From the IMG/VR virus record IMGVR_UViG_3300032373_000043, positions 1 through 39,751 of that record: DNA of 39,751 nucleotides; one strand, written 5' to 3'. The stretch is from a virus. Lineage: Duplodnaviria > Caudoviricetes. Position numbers and translations under genes: made by a program. This document shows positions 1-8,494 of the stretch, in pieces; the first letter of the stretch is position 1; every line of letters starts with the position of its first letter. The notes beneath the pieces are model-generated. The model had not been told where the DNA came from. It did no database searches and saw only the letters and a program-made list of their open reading frames with translations.

Positions 1-199
1 CTTGCATAGGCCATGCCTGCCAAGTTTTTTGCAATCGAGGTAGACAGAAACACGCCTCGATCTATTTCTGATTCAACATTGCAAGCCCATTGCTCAACTC
101 TGACTTTAGTTTTGAACGTTTTGGATTAGACAGAGCAGCCCTCCTCCTTGCGAACTTCTGCCTGCCATTGGCCCTCACCACGTTTAGCGACTGTCCCGT
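1..199 (-). pseudogene. Degenerate N-terminus of a tyrosine integrase (Rci/phage integrase type), interrupted by the prophage
   Basis: Minus-strand translation GTVAKRGEGQWQAEVRKEEGCSV*SKTFKTKVRVEQWACNVESEIDRGVFLS resembles the integrase N-terminal pattern (KRG..WQAxVR...SKTFxTKxxAxxWA..ESEIDRG); in-frame stop at 126-128; no intact start codon. Confidence 0.7.
195..199 (+). repeat. Target-site duplication, left copy (CCCGT)
   Basis: Identical to 39559-39563; a 5-bp TSD is the Mu signature. Confidence 0.92.
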
Positions 200-374
200 T
201 GTGGGGGGACACTTAGTATGCGAAATATACGGGATTGGCCGGGAACAGAGCGGATTGGGCGGGATAGTGTTTAATAACGGGGCTTTCAGGAGGATTTGAA
301 GCCCCGTTTAATAGCTTGTTATGAATTGCGAAAAATTGCAGCATTCATGGGTGACGCCACTTAATTTGCGAAAT
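200..374 (+). promoter_or_regulatory. Left end (attL) with transposase-binding sites
   Basis: CACTTAGTATGCGAAA (210-225), degenerate AATTGCGAAA (324-333) and CGCCACTTAATTTGCGAAA (355-373) match the inverted right-end motifs. Confidence 0.8.
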
Positions 375-387
375 CAGTCATTTTTCA

Positions 388-612
388 TTACCGCACATTA
401 ATGTAACTGAATAAGGCTGTGCCCGTTAATAGTAGCCACCCAATACCATATAAAACCAAGCCAATATGCATTTTGAGCCAGCACTTGTGTCCGTGCAGGA
501 CAATATTAGTATTGTGAATGTTAATGATTGGCGCAGTTTTGGTGGAAGTAATGCTTTTCAGCGCCTCATCAAGTTTCCCCATATTTTTGTTTTTATTAGT
601 GTTTTTTTTCAT
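388..612 (-). CDS. Small membrane protein downstream of the repressor
   Basis: 74 aa with a C-terminal hydrophobic helix; starts 7 bp after the repressor stop. Confidence 0.55.
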   Translation of the reverse strand: MKKNTNKNKNMGKLDEALKSITSTKTAPIINIHNTNIVLHGHKCWLKMHIGLVLYGIGWLLLTGTALFSYINVR

Positions 613-619
613 TTATCCC

Positions 620-1102
620 TCACGAAACTAATTTCAAATAACTCGCAAGAGAGTCCAGTCCGGGCCTCCCTTGCCCCTCAATTTTCTCCTCGTACAATAG
701 CCGAACTAAAACCGCCTTTTTATCAGGTGAAATTGTAGCATCCGCATTTTTCAGTTTAATTTCAATTTCTTCAATCAAAGACTCCAATATATCGAAATCG
801 TTTTCAATGGTCGATGACTGACCTTTATGGGGCTTCATTTGGCCTTTTCCTGTCGCCAGCCAGCTCAGTGAGACGTCGGCAGCATCAGCCAATACAACGA
901 TAGGGCCGAGGGAGGGGTGAACTTCTTCTCTGATATAGCGCTGTAGCGTATCAGTTGATATCTGGGCAGTTTTTGCCGCAAATTTTCTAGTCCCTATCAT
1001 GCTAGCAACCGCAGAAATCCTGGTTCCGATTCCCTCAATGCAAATTGGAACTGAGTTCTGATTTGCTTTATGTGGTTCTGATTCTATTTTTTTGTCTGAC
1101 AT
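620..1102 (-). CDS. Prophage repressor (XRE/Cro-C1-type HTH)
   Basis: HTH motif KFAAKTAQISTDTLQRYIREEVHPSL...VSLSWLATGKG; divergent from ner at the left end. Confidence 0.8.
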   Translation of the reverse strand: MSDKKIESEPHKANQNSVPICIEGIGTRISAVASMIGTRKFAAKTAQISTDTLQRYIREEVHPSLGPIVVLADAADVSLSWLATGKGQMKPHKGQSSTIENDFDILESLIEEIEIKLKNADATISPDKKAVLVRLLYEEKIEGQGRPGLDSLASYLKLVS

Positions 1103-1190
1103 ATCAATTAGTTACTTATTTGTTTGCGCATATATTCTAGCCATTGGAATCGGAACATAGAATATGTGCTTGTTTGAATAGAATATTTGC
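1023..1190. promoter_or_regulatory. Operator/enhancer region with two families of short repeats
   Basis: GTTCYGATT at 1023, 1055, 1075 and inverted at 1148-1156; TAGAATATNTGC at 1158, 1179 and inverted at 1128-1139. Confidence 0.65.
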
Positions 1191-1193
1191 GCT

Positions 1194-1559
1194 ATGTTTA
1201 TAACCATCATGAAGATTGACAACACTACAAAGCGAATCCTCAGAGACCCGAAAAAGCGCCGGGACTGGATCATTTACCAAGTACGCCTACAGGACCAGTC
1301 ACTGGCACAAGTGGCCAGAGACGCAGGGGTATCGAGGCAGTGTCTGTATCAGGTCTTTAATCGGCAGTACCCGCGAATGGAAAAAGTGCTAGCCGACACC
1401 CTTAGCCTTGAGCCAAAAGTCTTGTGGCCAGAGCGATATACCTCTGAAGGCCTACCCATTCGCGGTACCGGTTTAAGAAACACCCGTTTTTATTGCCAAG
1501 GTAATAAGGATACACGCGCCTCGGATGATAGCAACGTCAAAAATGCAGAGGCTTCTTGA
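1194..1559 (+). CDS. ner: Ner/Nlp-family transcriptional regulator (start may be 1209)
   Basis: SLAQVARDAGVSRQCLYQVFNRQYPRMEKVLADTL...LWPERY is the Ner family pattern; canonical position. Confidence 0.88.
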   Translation: MFITIMKIDNTTKRILRDPKKRRDWIIYQVRLQDQSLAQVARDAGVSRQCLYQVFNRQYPRMEKVLADTLSLEPKVLWPERYTSEGLPIRGTGLRNTRFYCQGNKDTRASDDSNVKNAEAS

Positions 1560-1560
1560 C

Positions 1561-1998
1561 ATGGCAAAAATCAAGGATTCTTTGACTTTAGATATGTTTG
1601 AAGTCCCGCAACCAGCCGACGACATCCCCGGCAGCATGGACTATAGCCAAACGGTATCCGGTCTTGTCAGTAGAATGCTTAAAGACGCTGATGGCGACCG
1701 TTTTGATGTTGCCGCTCGTATGAGTCGTCTGGCAGACAAAGAAGTCACCAAGCACATGCTGGATGCTTACGCCTCTGAATCTCGCGACAACCACAATATG
1801 CCCTTCTATTTAGTGCCCGTGCTTGAGTCAGCATGTAGCAGCTATGAACTGACCAGCTGGCTGGCCGACGTGCGCGGTGGTCGCCTGCTGGTGGGCCGCG
1901 ATGTGTTGCATGCACAACTGGGGAAAATGGAGCGCATGAAGGAGTCGGTGGCGCGCCAAATCCGCGACCTCAAGAAACACATGGGGGAAATGGAGTGA
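1561..1998 (+). CDS. Conserved early protein of Mu-like phages, probably DNA-binding
   Basis: Fills the ner-to-A gap; VAARMSRL...VTKHMLDAYASESR pattern; stop overlaps the transposase GTG. Confidence 0.7.
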   Translation: MAKIKDSLTLDMFEVPQPADDIPGSMDYSQTVSGLVSRMLKDADGDRFDVAARMSRLADKEVTKHMLDAYASESRDNHNMPFYLVPVLESACSSYELTSWLADVRGGRLLVGRDVLHAQLGKMERMKESVARQIRDLKKHMGEME

Positions 1999-4166
1999 AC
2001 GGCGAATGTTATTACGCTGCCTCCACCCTGGCGGGCCTTTGCGGAATGCCGGGAACTGACAGAGGGATTAGTAAAATGGCGGAGCGCGGCGAGTTGGATC
2101 GCCGTAAAAAATTAAAAGGCAAAGGGTGGGAATATGCGTTTTCCAGCCTGCCGACAGAAACCCAGGTTGAGCTGCTTCAGCGCGAAACACCAGCCCAAAC
2201 TATTCAGCACGAGCGTCACGACAAGGACTGGCTGAAATCTTTCATCTATGACCCCGATCACCTCTGGTCACACTTTGATAAAAAACCGCAAAAGCAAAAA
2301 GACCGCGCGAATGACCGTTTAAAGGCCATTCTCTCGGCGCTGGCTCTTATCGACAACGGCACACCAAAAACGCAGGCATGGTCTGCTGTTGCTGCCGCAA
2401 ACGGCCTTAATAAATCCACGCTTTACGGTTGGTACAACGGCCGCAACGGCACCCCCGGTGTTAAGGAATATGCTCGGGCTGACTGGTTGGCGGCTCTGGT
2501 ACCCGGCTTTACCGGACGCACCGTCACCGCTGAGTTCAGCAATGAGGCATGGGAGTTTTTCAGAGCTGACTACCTGCGGTTAGAACAACCCGGAGCTGCT
2601 GCCTGCTATCAGCGCCTGATGCGGGTAGCCAAAAAACACGGCTGGCAAATACCGAGTTTGCGCACCATCGAGCGACGCATTGCCAGAGAGATACCACGCA
2701 CCATGCTGGTGTTGCTGCGACAGGGTGAATCCGCGTTAGTGCAGATGTACCCAGCACAGCAGCGTAGCGTGCGCGACATCCATGCCTTGCAATGGATCAA
2801 CGGCGATGGCTATCAGCACAACGTATTTGTGCGGTGGCCCGATGGCACCATCGCCCGCCCAAAAACATGGTTTTGGCAGGATATACACAGCCGCAAATAC
2901 CTGAGTTATCGCACGGACCAAACCGAAAACACCGATATGTTGCGACTGAGCTTCGGCGACCTTGTCGAACAATTCGGCATCCCAGAACACGCCACTATTG
3001 ATAACACGCGCGCCGCTGCCAACAAATGGATGACCGGCGGCGTACCCAATCGCTATCGCTTCAAAGTTAAGGCCGATGACCCGCTGGGCATTATGCCCAT
3101 GCTCGGCGTGCAAGTGCATTGGACATCGGTGATCGCAGGCAAAGGCCATGGTCAGGCAAAACCCATTGAGCGTTCCTTCGGTGTTGGTGGTATGGGTGAG
3201 TATGTCGATAAGCACCCGGCATTTGCTGGCGCGTTTACCGGCAACAATCCAATGGCCAAGCCTGCCAACTATGGCAAAACCGCCGTACCGCTCGCAACGT
3301 TTATGCAAGTGCTTGCAGATGAGGTCGCCGCCTGGAATGCTCGTGATGGACGACGTACAGAACTGTGCGAAGGTGAACACAGTTTTGATCACGTCTTCGC
3401 GCAGAGTTATGAGCGCGCCACCATCCGCAAGGCCACTGCAGAACAGCGCCGCCTCTGGTTGATGGCCGCTGAAGCCATTAAGGTTGCCGCCGATGGCAGC
3501 ATCACACTCGATGCAGGCAAGGCCCATGGTATGGGTAAAAACCGCTATCACGCCGATGCACTGTACGAATTCACAGGCAAAAAAATCGTTGTACGGTTCG
3601 ATCCTCAACAACTGCACGATACCGTCCACACCTACACATTAGATGGCCGCTACATCACCGAAGCAGCATGCATTGTTGCCACTGGTTTTGGCGACACAGA
3701 AGCCGCCCGCGAACACAACCGCGCCCGCCGAGGAATGGTGAAAGCGAGCAAGATCGCCGCTAGGGAAGAGCAGAAAATGGATGCCATCGAAGTTGCCGGT
3801 ATGCTGCCAGAAACGTTAGCGGCAGACATTCCCGACGCCAAAACGGTAAGAATGTTTAAGCCCGCCAAGCATCAATCATTACCGCCACAACAACGCAAGC
3901 TCACACCATCTGAAGAAGCCCTGCGCACCGAGATTGCCGCCGAACTATCGACACAGGCAGCAACACCGGTTGTGCAGGCAATGAGTGATTTTGAATCTCC
4001 CAAAGACCGCTATGCCCGCTGGGTACGCATCGAGCAACAAATCGCCAATGGCGAAGCCGTCAGCGAAGCGCTGCAGGCACAGCTGGGGCGCTATCAGACT
4101 GGGCGTGAATACACGGAAATGAGGGAGTTTTTTGAAGAATTTGGCCTCTCGATTGGAGAGGCCTAA
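1995..4166 (+). CDS. MuA-like DDE transposase
   Basis: 723 aa; N-terminal Mu-type HTH (LAGLCGMPGT...GWEYAFSSLP), DDE core (WINGDG, IDNTRA, AKPIERSF), Mu C-terminal domain (VVRFDPQQL). Confidence 0.96.
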   Translation: MNGECYYAASTLAGLCGMPGTDRGISKMAERGELDRRKKLKGKGWEYAFSSLPTETQVELLQRETPAQTIQHERHDKDWLKSFIYDPDHLWSHFDKKPQKQKDRANDRLKAILSALALIDNGTPKTQAWSAVAAANGLNKSTLYGWYNGRNGTPGVKEYARADWLAALVPGFTGRTVTAEFSNEAWEFFRADYLRLEQPGAAACYQRLMRVAKKHGWQIPSLRTIERRIAREIPRTMLVLLRQGESALVQMYPAQQRSVRDIHALQWINGDGYQHNVFVRWPDGTIARPKTWFWQDIHSRKYLSYRTDQTENTDMLRLSFGDLVEQFGIPEHATIDNTRAAANKWMTGGVPNRYRFKVKADDPLGIMPMLGVQVHWTSVIAGKGHGQAKPIERSFGVGGMGEYVDKHPAFAGAFTGNNPMAKPANYGKTAVPLATFMQVLADEVAAWNARDGRRTELCEGEHSFDHVFAQSYERATIRKATAEQRRLWLMAAEAIKVAADGSITLDAGKAHGMGKNRYHADALYEFTGKKIVVRFDPQQLHDTVHTYTLDGRYITEAACIVATGFGDTEAAREHNRARRGMVKASKIAAREEQKMDAIEVAGMLPETLAADIPDAKTVRMFKPAKHQSLPPQQRKLTPSEEALRTEIAAELSTQAATPVVQAMSDFESPKDRYARWVRIEQQIANGEAVSEALQAQLGRYQTGREYTEMREFFEEFGLSIGEA

Positions 4167-4226
4167 TTCAAGTTTGAAACGCACCGCTGCTACAACAGCG
4201 GAACAACTACAACTGGAGGGACAAGA

Positions 4227-4961
4227 ATGACTGAAGACAGTCACACCGTCAATACCATCGCCCCCATCACCAATGTCGCCCTGTGCGCATCGGTGTTGGG
4301 CCATGCGGTCAACCGACCGCCACACTTACCCGGCATCGTCGCTTTTTACGGGCCCAGCGGGCTGGGTAAATCATCCAGCGTGGCTTTTGCGGCCAACAAG
4401 TTCAACGCCTACCACGTAGAGTGCAAATCTAACTGGACGCAGAAAGCCTTGCTGTCCAACGTACTAAAAGAAATGGGTATCAAGCCTGCCAAAACCAATC
4501 CTGAAATGACCGATCAGGTTTCTGAACAACTGGCCCGCTCACAACGGCCATTGATCATTGATGAGTTTGATCATGTCGTAAAAAAGAAAATTGTCGAGCT
4601 GGTTCGTGACATCTATGAAGGTTCTCACACCGCCATTCTTATCATTGGTGAAGAGCAGCTCGAAGATAATTTGACTCACTATGAGCGTTTCCACAACCGT
4701 GTGCTGAAATGGGTAGGCGCACAACCGGCCAGTATAGAAGATGCCCATCTGCTGAAGGCTCTTTACTGCGACAAGGTTGATGTAGGTGATGACATCGTTA
4801 GCGCCATCATGAAAGCCAATCGCGGCTGTACCCGCCGCATTTGTATCAACCTTTATAACGTACAAGAGTTTGCCATCGAGCAAGGTCTTGATCGCATCTC
4901 GATGACCGAATGGGGCAATCGTGCCTTTTATACCGGTAAAACTGAAAAGCGGAGACTCTAA
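4227..4961 (+). CDS. MuB-like AAA+ transposition ATPase
   Basis: Walker A GPSGLGKS, Walker B LIIDE; follows the transposase. Confidence 0.93.
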   Translation: MTEDSHTVNTIAPITNVALCASVLGHAVNRPPHLPGIVAFYGPSGLGKSSSVAFAANKFNAYHVECKSNWTQKALLSNVLKEMGIKPAKTNPEMTDQVSEQLARSQRPLIIDEFDHVVKKKIVELVRDIYEGSHTAILIIGEEQLEDNLTHYERFHNRVLKWVGAQPASIEDAHLLKALYCDKVDVGDDIVSAIMKANRGCTRRICINLYNVQEFAIEQGLDRISMTEWGNRAFYTGKTEKRRL

Positions 4962-5620
4962 TGGCTGCAACCAAAACTAAACGCAAACCTGCAGATAGCC
5001 AACTGCGTCACGGACACCTGACTCATCGTGACGCCATCTGGTCGGCAATACGCAAATTACAAGAATTCGGTATTTCTGACATTGAAAATTTAACGCGCGT
5101 CAATCACGGCACAATTGAAACCTACCTACTCGGCCTCACTCGTGCTGACTACCTAGAGCGCACTGCTCATCAAACTCGCGCACAGGGTGATGGTAAATTC
5201 CAGCGAAGTCGCTGGCGTCTCATCAATGATGTTGGCGTAGACGCCCCTCGCGTTACTCGCCACGGCAAGCGGGTCACTCAGGGACAGGCTCGCGAAAACA
5301 TGTGGCGCACCATGCGGATCATTGGTGAGTTCAACGCACGTGAACTGGCCATACAGTCATCCACCGAAGACGTGACAGTTAAAGCATCGGATGCCAAAGA
5401 TTACGTCCGGCATTTACACCTAGCGGGTTATCTTAAATTGACCGCTGAATCCAAGCCGGGAAACAAACCAGGTACTGGCACCTTGGCACGGTATCGATTT
5501 ATAGCAGCCTGCTACACCGGCCCACGGCCACCCATGGTGCAATCCGTAAAACAGGTCTTTGATCCCAACCTGGGCAAAGTTATGTGGCCAACAAATGGTG
5601 GCACAGGCGGTAACAAATGA
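4961..5620 (+). CDS. Conserved Mu-like early protein (tandem winged-helix-like)
   Basis: Two similar units (AIWSAIRKL...YLLGLTRADYL; NMWRTMRI...YVRHLHLAGYL); translationally coupled. Confidence 0.7.
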   Translation: MAATKTKRKPADSQLRHGHLTHRDAIWSAIRKLQEFGISDIENLTRVNHGTIETYLLGLTRADYLERTAHQTRAQGDGKFQRSRWRLINDVGVDAPRVTRHGKRVTQGQARENMWRTMRIIGEFNARELAIQSSTEDVTVKASDAKDYVRHLHLAGYLKLTAESKPGNKPGTGTLARYRFIAACYTGPRPPMVQSVKQVFDPNLGKVMWPTNGGTGGNK

Positions 5621-5979
5621 GTGCGCTGAGTAAATCGCAAACCGCCTGGGGGGATGCATTGCCTGAATGGGTATCGGTCATGGCCGATGCATGTGATCAA
5701 TCGTCACAGGCACAATTCGCCAAACAAATCGGCTATTCACCCGCCGTGGTTAATACCGTACTGGCTGCGAAATACAACGGTGATTTAGGTGCCGTTCAAC
5801 AGGCGGTTGAAGGTGCGTTAATGCACGGCACCGTGCAATGCCCTGTGTACGGTGATCTGGAAGGCCACCGCTGTCTCGAATACCAGCGGCGTACATTTGC
5901 CGCCACCAACCCTATCCGCGTCAGGCTGTTTCGTGCCTGTCGCCAGTGCCCCAACAATCGCACCGGGAGAAACACATGA
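5617..5979 (+). CDS. HTH protein with Cys-rich C-terminus
   Basis: SQAQFAKQIGYSPAVVNTVL HTH; CPVYG...C...CRQCP. Confidence 0.7.
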   Translation: MSALSKSQTAWGDALPEWVSVMADACDQSSQAQFAKQIGYSPAVVNTVLAAKYNGDLGAVQQAVEGALMHGTVQCPVYGDLEGHRCLEYQRRTFAATNPIRVRLFRACRQCPNNRTGRNT

Positions 5980-6254
5980 GACCGTCTATCGAACACCCCG
6001 CCGCCAGCATCGGCCTTCAAAACAAACATGCATTGGACACGCTGGGTGTTGCGTACAGCTGCGCACTGCGTCTGGCTGAAAACGGGTACACAGTAATCAG
6101 GATATTGATCGAAAACCACAAACCCCTAATCTGGATACAGCCCTGTAACCATTGCAGCCAATTGGGTGGCCATGAATACAAATGGAACCGCCGTGAGTGC
6201 ATCCTGCAGGCCGATGTGGATGGCTGTCGGGTGCACTGGAAAGTGATGCGTTAA
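5976..6254 (+). CDS. Hypothetical early protein
   Basis: ATGA overlap with the previous gene; 92 aa. Confidence 0.6.
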   Translation: MRPSIEHPAASIGLQNKHALDTLGVAYSCALRLAENGYTVIRILIENHKPLIWIQPCNHCSQLGGHEYKWNRRECILQADVDGCRVHWKVMR

Positions 6255-6278
6255 TCAATTAATGGAAGGAGAAGAATC

Positions 6279-6416
6279 ATGTGGGACAAAGTGGATTTAT
6301 TGGTATTCGTATGCGGTTTTTTTGCCGGTGGTTTTTTGGGTATGGTTTTGATGGGTGCGCTGACGATGGCCAAAGATGATGATGATGAAAAAATTAACCG
6401 CATCAATAACCGATAG
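6279..6416 (+). CDS. Small single-TM protein (45 aa, not in the ORF track)
   Basis: AGGAG RBS; MWDKVDLLVFVCGFFAGGFLGMVLMGALTMAKDDDDEKINRINNR. Confidence 0.6.
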   Translation: MWDKVDLLVFVCGFFAGGFLGMVLMGALTMAKDDDDEKINRINNR

Positions 6417-6438
6417 ATTATTAACCGGAGAGATATCA

Positions 6439-7059
6439 ATGAACACAACAGAACAGATTCCTGATGGCTACATGCTTAACGCGCAGGGCCATCTTGTGCC
6501 CATCGACACAATCAAAAAAATTGATATGGAACGCGACAAGCTGGTTAAGCAAATTGTCGGTAATGCAAAAGCACAGCAAGCCCAGCTCGCAGCATTTAAA
6601 TCAGCAGCGATGGGCAGTGTAGAAACATTTATTCAACGATCCGTTGAACAGTATGGTGTTGAACTCGGCGGAGCAAAGGGCAACGTCAGTCTGGTTAGTT
6701 ATGACGGCAAATATAAAGTCCAACTCGCTGTTAGTGACCGCCTGACGTTTAGCGAGCAAATACAGGCCGCAAAAGTACTCATTGACGAATGCCTGCATGA
6801 GTGGACAAAAAACAGCCGTAGCGAAATAAAGGCGCTGATTGAAAATGCCTTCCAAACGGACAAAGAAGGGAAAATCAATATCGGGCGAATCTTTGGCTTG
6901 ATGAAGCTGAACATTAATGAGCCGAAGTGGAAGACAGCGATGGATGCTATTCGTGATTCGATACAGGTCGAGGGCACCACATCATACCTGCGCATTTATG
7001 AGCGACAAGGCCAAACAAATAAATACGAACAAGTCACTCTCGATATTGCCGGTCTTTAA
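6439..7059 (+). CDS. DUF3164-family protein (Gam-position early protein)
   Basis: IPDGYMLNAQGHLVP...GGAKGNVSLVSYDGKYKV...AKVLIDECL pattern; GGAG RBS before ATG 6439. Confidence 0.8.
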   Translation: MNTTEQIPDGYMLNAQGHLVPIDTIKKIDMERDKLVKQIVGNAKAQQAQLAAFKSAAMGSVETFIQRSVEQYGVELGGAKGNVSLVSYDGKYKVQLAVSDRLTFSEQIQAAKVLIDECLHEWTKNSRSEIKALIENAFQTDKEGKINIGRIFGLMKLNINEPKWKTAMDAIRDSIQVEGTTSYLRIYERQGQTNKYEQVTLDIAGL

Positions 7060-7067
7060 TAGAAATT

Positions 7068-7164
7068 CTGAGCGATCCAGCCCCCTCTCATCTGAATCGC
7101 TCAGTGCGCGACACCTGCGAAGCCCGCACAGCCAGTGGTGTGACAGCTCGGAGAGACGAGCACT
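7068..7164 (+). ncRNA. Candidate structured RNA in the early operon
   Basis: Stems CTGAGCGAT/ATCGCTCAG (7068-7104), ACACC/GGTGT enclosing TGCG/CGCA, and GCTCG-GAGAGA-CGAGC. Confidence 0.45.
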
Positions 7165-7186
7165 AATTTAACAAGGTGGAATAACC

Positions 7187-7678
7187 ATGAATAAAGTTTT
7201 GATAATTTTTCTGTTCAGTTTATTGATCATCGCGCCAGCCAATGCCAGCGGTGAATGCAACAGCTTTGCACTACAAATCAACGGCGCATCCAAACACCTC
7301 GCAGATGGCAAACAGGCGAAGAAAGAAGACTTCCAGAGCAACAACCCAGGGCTAGGCTTGGTATGTCAAAGCAATAGCTCGGATTGGGTGGTGGGCGCCT
7401 ATAAAAACAGCGTCTTCCGCAATAGTGTGTATGTTGCTAACAACCGCTATCTGCGGTTTGGCGGCTCATTAAAAAACGCTTGGCATTTTGACCTTGGTAT
7501 TGCTTATGGCCTAGCCACAGGTTATACCGAACAAAAACGCATCCCCGGTCCCGTCGGTGGCGTCAGCTTGCTTAGCTTCATTACCGCATCTATAGGCCAA
7601 GCCCACATTGGCAAAATCAATATCGCTTGGCTACCAACAATAATGGTTGCCGTGAATCTCGACATCAGGATTAACTGA
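7187..7678 (+). CDS. Exported outer-membrane beta-barrel protein, PagP-like
   Basis: Signal peptide (ANA/S); SKH...NNPGLG...GAYKNS...GLATGY motifs with alternating amphipathic strands. Confidence 0.6.
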   Translation: MNKVLIIFLFSLLIIAPANASGECNSFALQINGASKHLADGKQAKKEDFQSNNPGLGLVCQSNSSDWVVGAYKNSVFRNSVYVANNRYLRFGGSLKNAWHFDLGIAYGLATGYTEQKRIPGPVGGVSLLSFITASIGQAHIGKINIAWLPTIMVAVNLDIRIN

Positions 7679-7680
7679 TT

Positions 7681-8097
7681 ATGAGCACACTCACCAAGCA
7701 ACAATGGGATCAGGTAAAAACAACGCTCATGCATGTGGGCAATACCGTGACTCTTGACTGCGACGGCTACACGGTCGCCCTAAGACTGGCGCAGAGTAGT
7801 CATTTTAAAAATGCAATTCGCGTCTACGTAGACGGGTACATAAAAGGGATCTGGGTATTGATAGAAAAAAACACCGAGGAAGGTCGGCGTTTTTTTCCAA
7901 CAATCAGAAAGCCACTACATTCTCAGAAACAAAAAAAAGAGCTGATAGCCTGCCTTGGAAAGCGTGAGGCTAAAAAATTTCCCGGCTTTAATGAAGTGAT
8001 GGAATTTAGAAAGCTTGAGTGGTCATCATTTAGCGCACTAAAAAAACACTTCATCGCCAATAATGAAAGCATTAAATTGGTAAAAAATAATGAGTAA
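7681..8097 (+). CDS. Hypothetical basic protein
   Basis: 138-aa ORF in a tightly packed operon. Confidence 0.65.
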   Translation: MSTLTKQQWDQVKTTLMHVGNTVTLDCDGYTVALRLAQSSHFKNAIRVYVDGYIKGIWVLIEKNTEEGRRFFPTIRKPLHSQKQKKELIACLGKREAKKFPGFNEVMEFRKLEWSSFSALKKHFIANNESIKLVKNNE

Positions 8098-8494
8098 GCC
8101 GCCGCGCAATATTGAACTGGGGAAAATCCACATGGCAGCCAAACAACTGGGTTTGAAAGATGACGTTTACCGGGACATGTTATGGAATGTCGCTGACGTG
8201 CGATCATCCAAAGACCTCGACGAACAGGGCCGGAAGAAAGTGCTTGATCACCTCAAAAAATGCGGCGCTGTTTTTAAATCAAACAAGCGCATAAAGCCTA
8301 CGACCAGCAAGAAAGCATTGGTCGGCAAGGTACGCGCATTTATGGCTGAAGCAAAACGGCCTGACAGCTACGCAGACGGTATGGCAAAGCGCATGTTCAG
8401 CGTTGATTGCTACGAATGGCTGGACGCAGGCCAGCTACATAAACTGGTTGCTGCATTAACTTACGATGCCAAACGACACAACAGGAGAACATAA
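8090..8494 (+). CDS. gemA: GemA/gp16 (DUF1018) family protein
   Basis: KIHMAAKQLGLKDDVYRDML...SSKDL...VLDHLKKCG signature. Confidence 0.88.
   Translation: MSKPPRNIELGKIHMAAKQLGLKDDVYRDMLWNVADVRSSKDLDEQGRKKVLDHLKKCGAVFKSNKRIKPTTSKKALVGKVRAFMAEAKRPDSYADGMAKRMFSVDCYEWLDAGQLHKLVAALTYDAKRHNRRT

Noticed and set aside
90-299. 69-aa ORF
   Set aside because: Spans the host-prophage junction and the transposase-binding site; chance ORF
2736-3629. 297-aa minus-strand ORF
   Set aside because: Antisense shadow of the transposase core with no recognisable motifs
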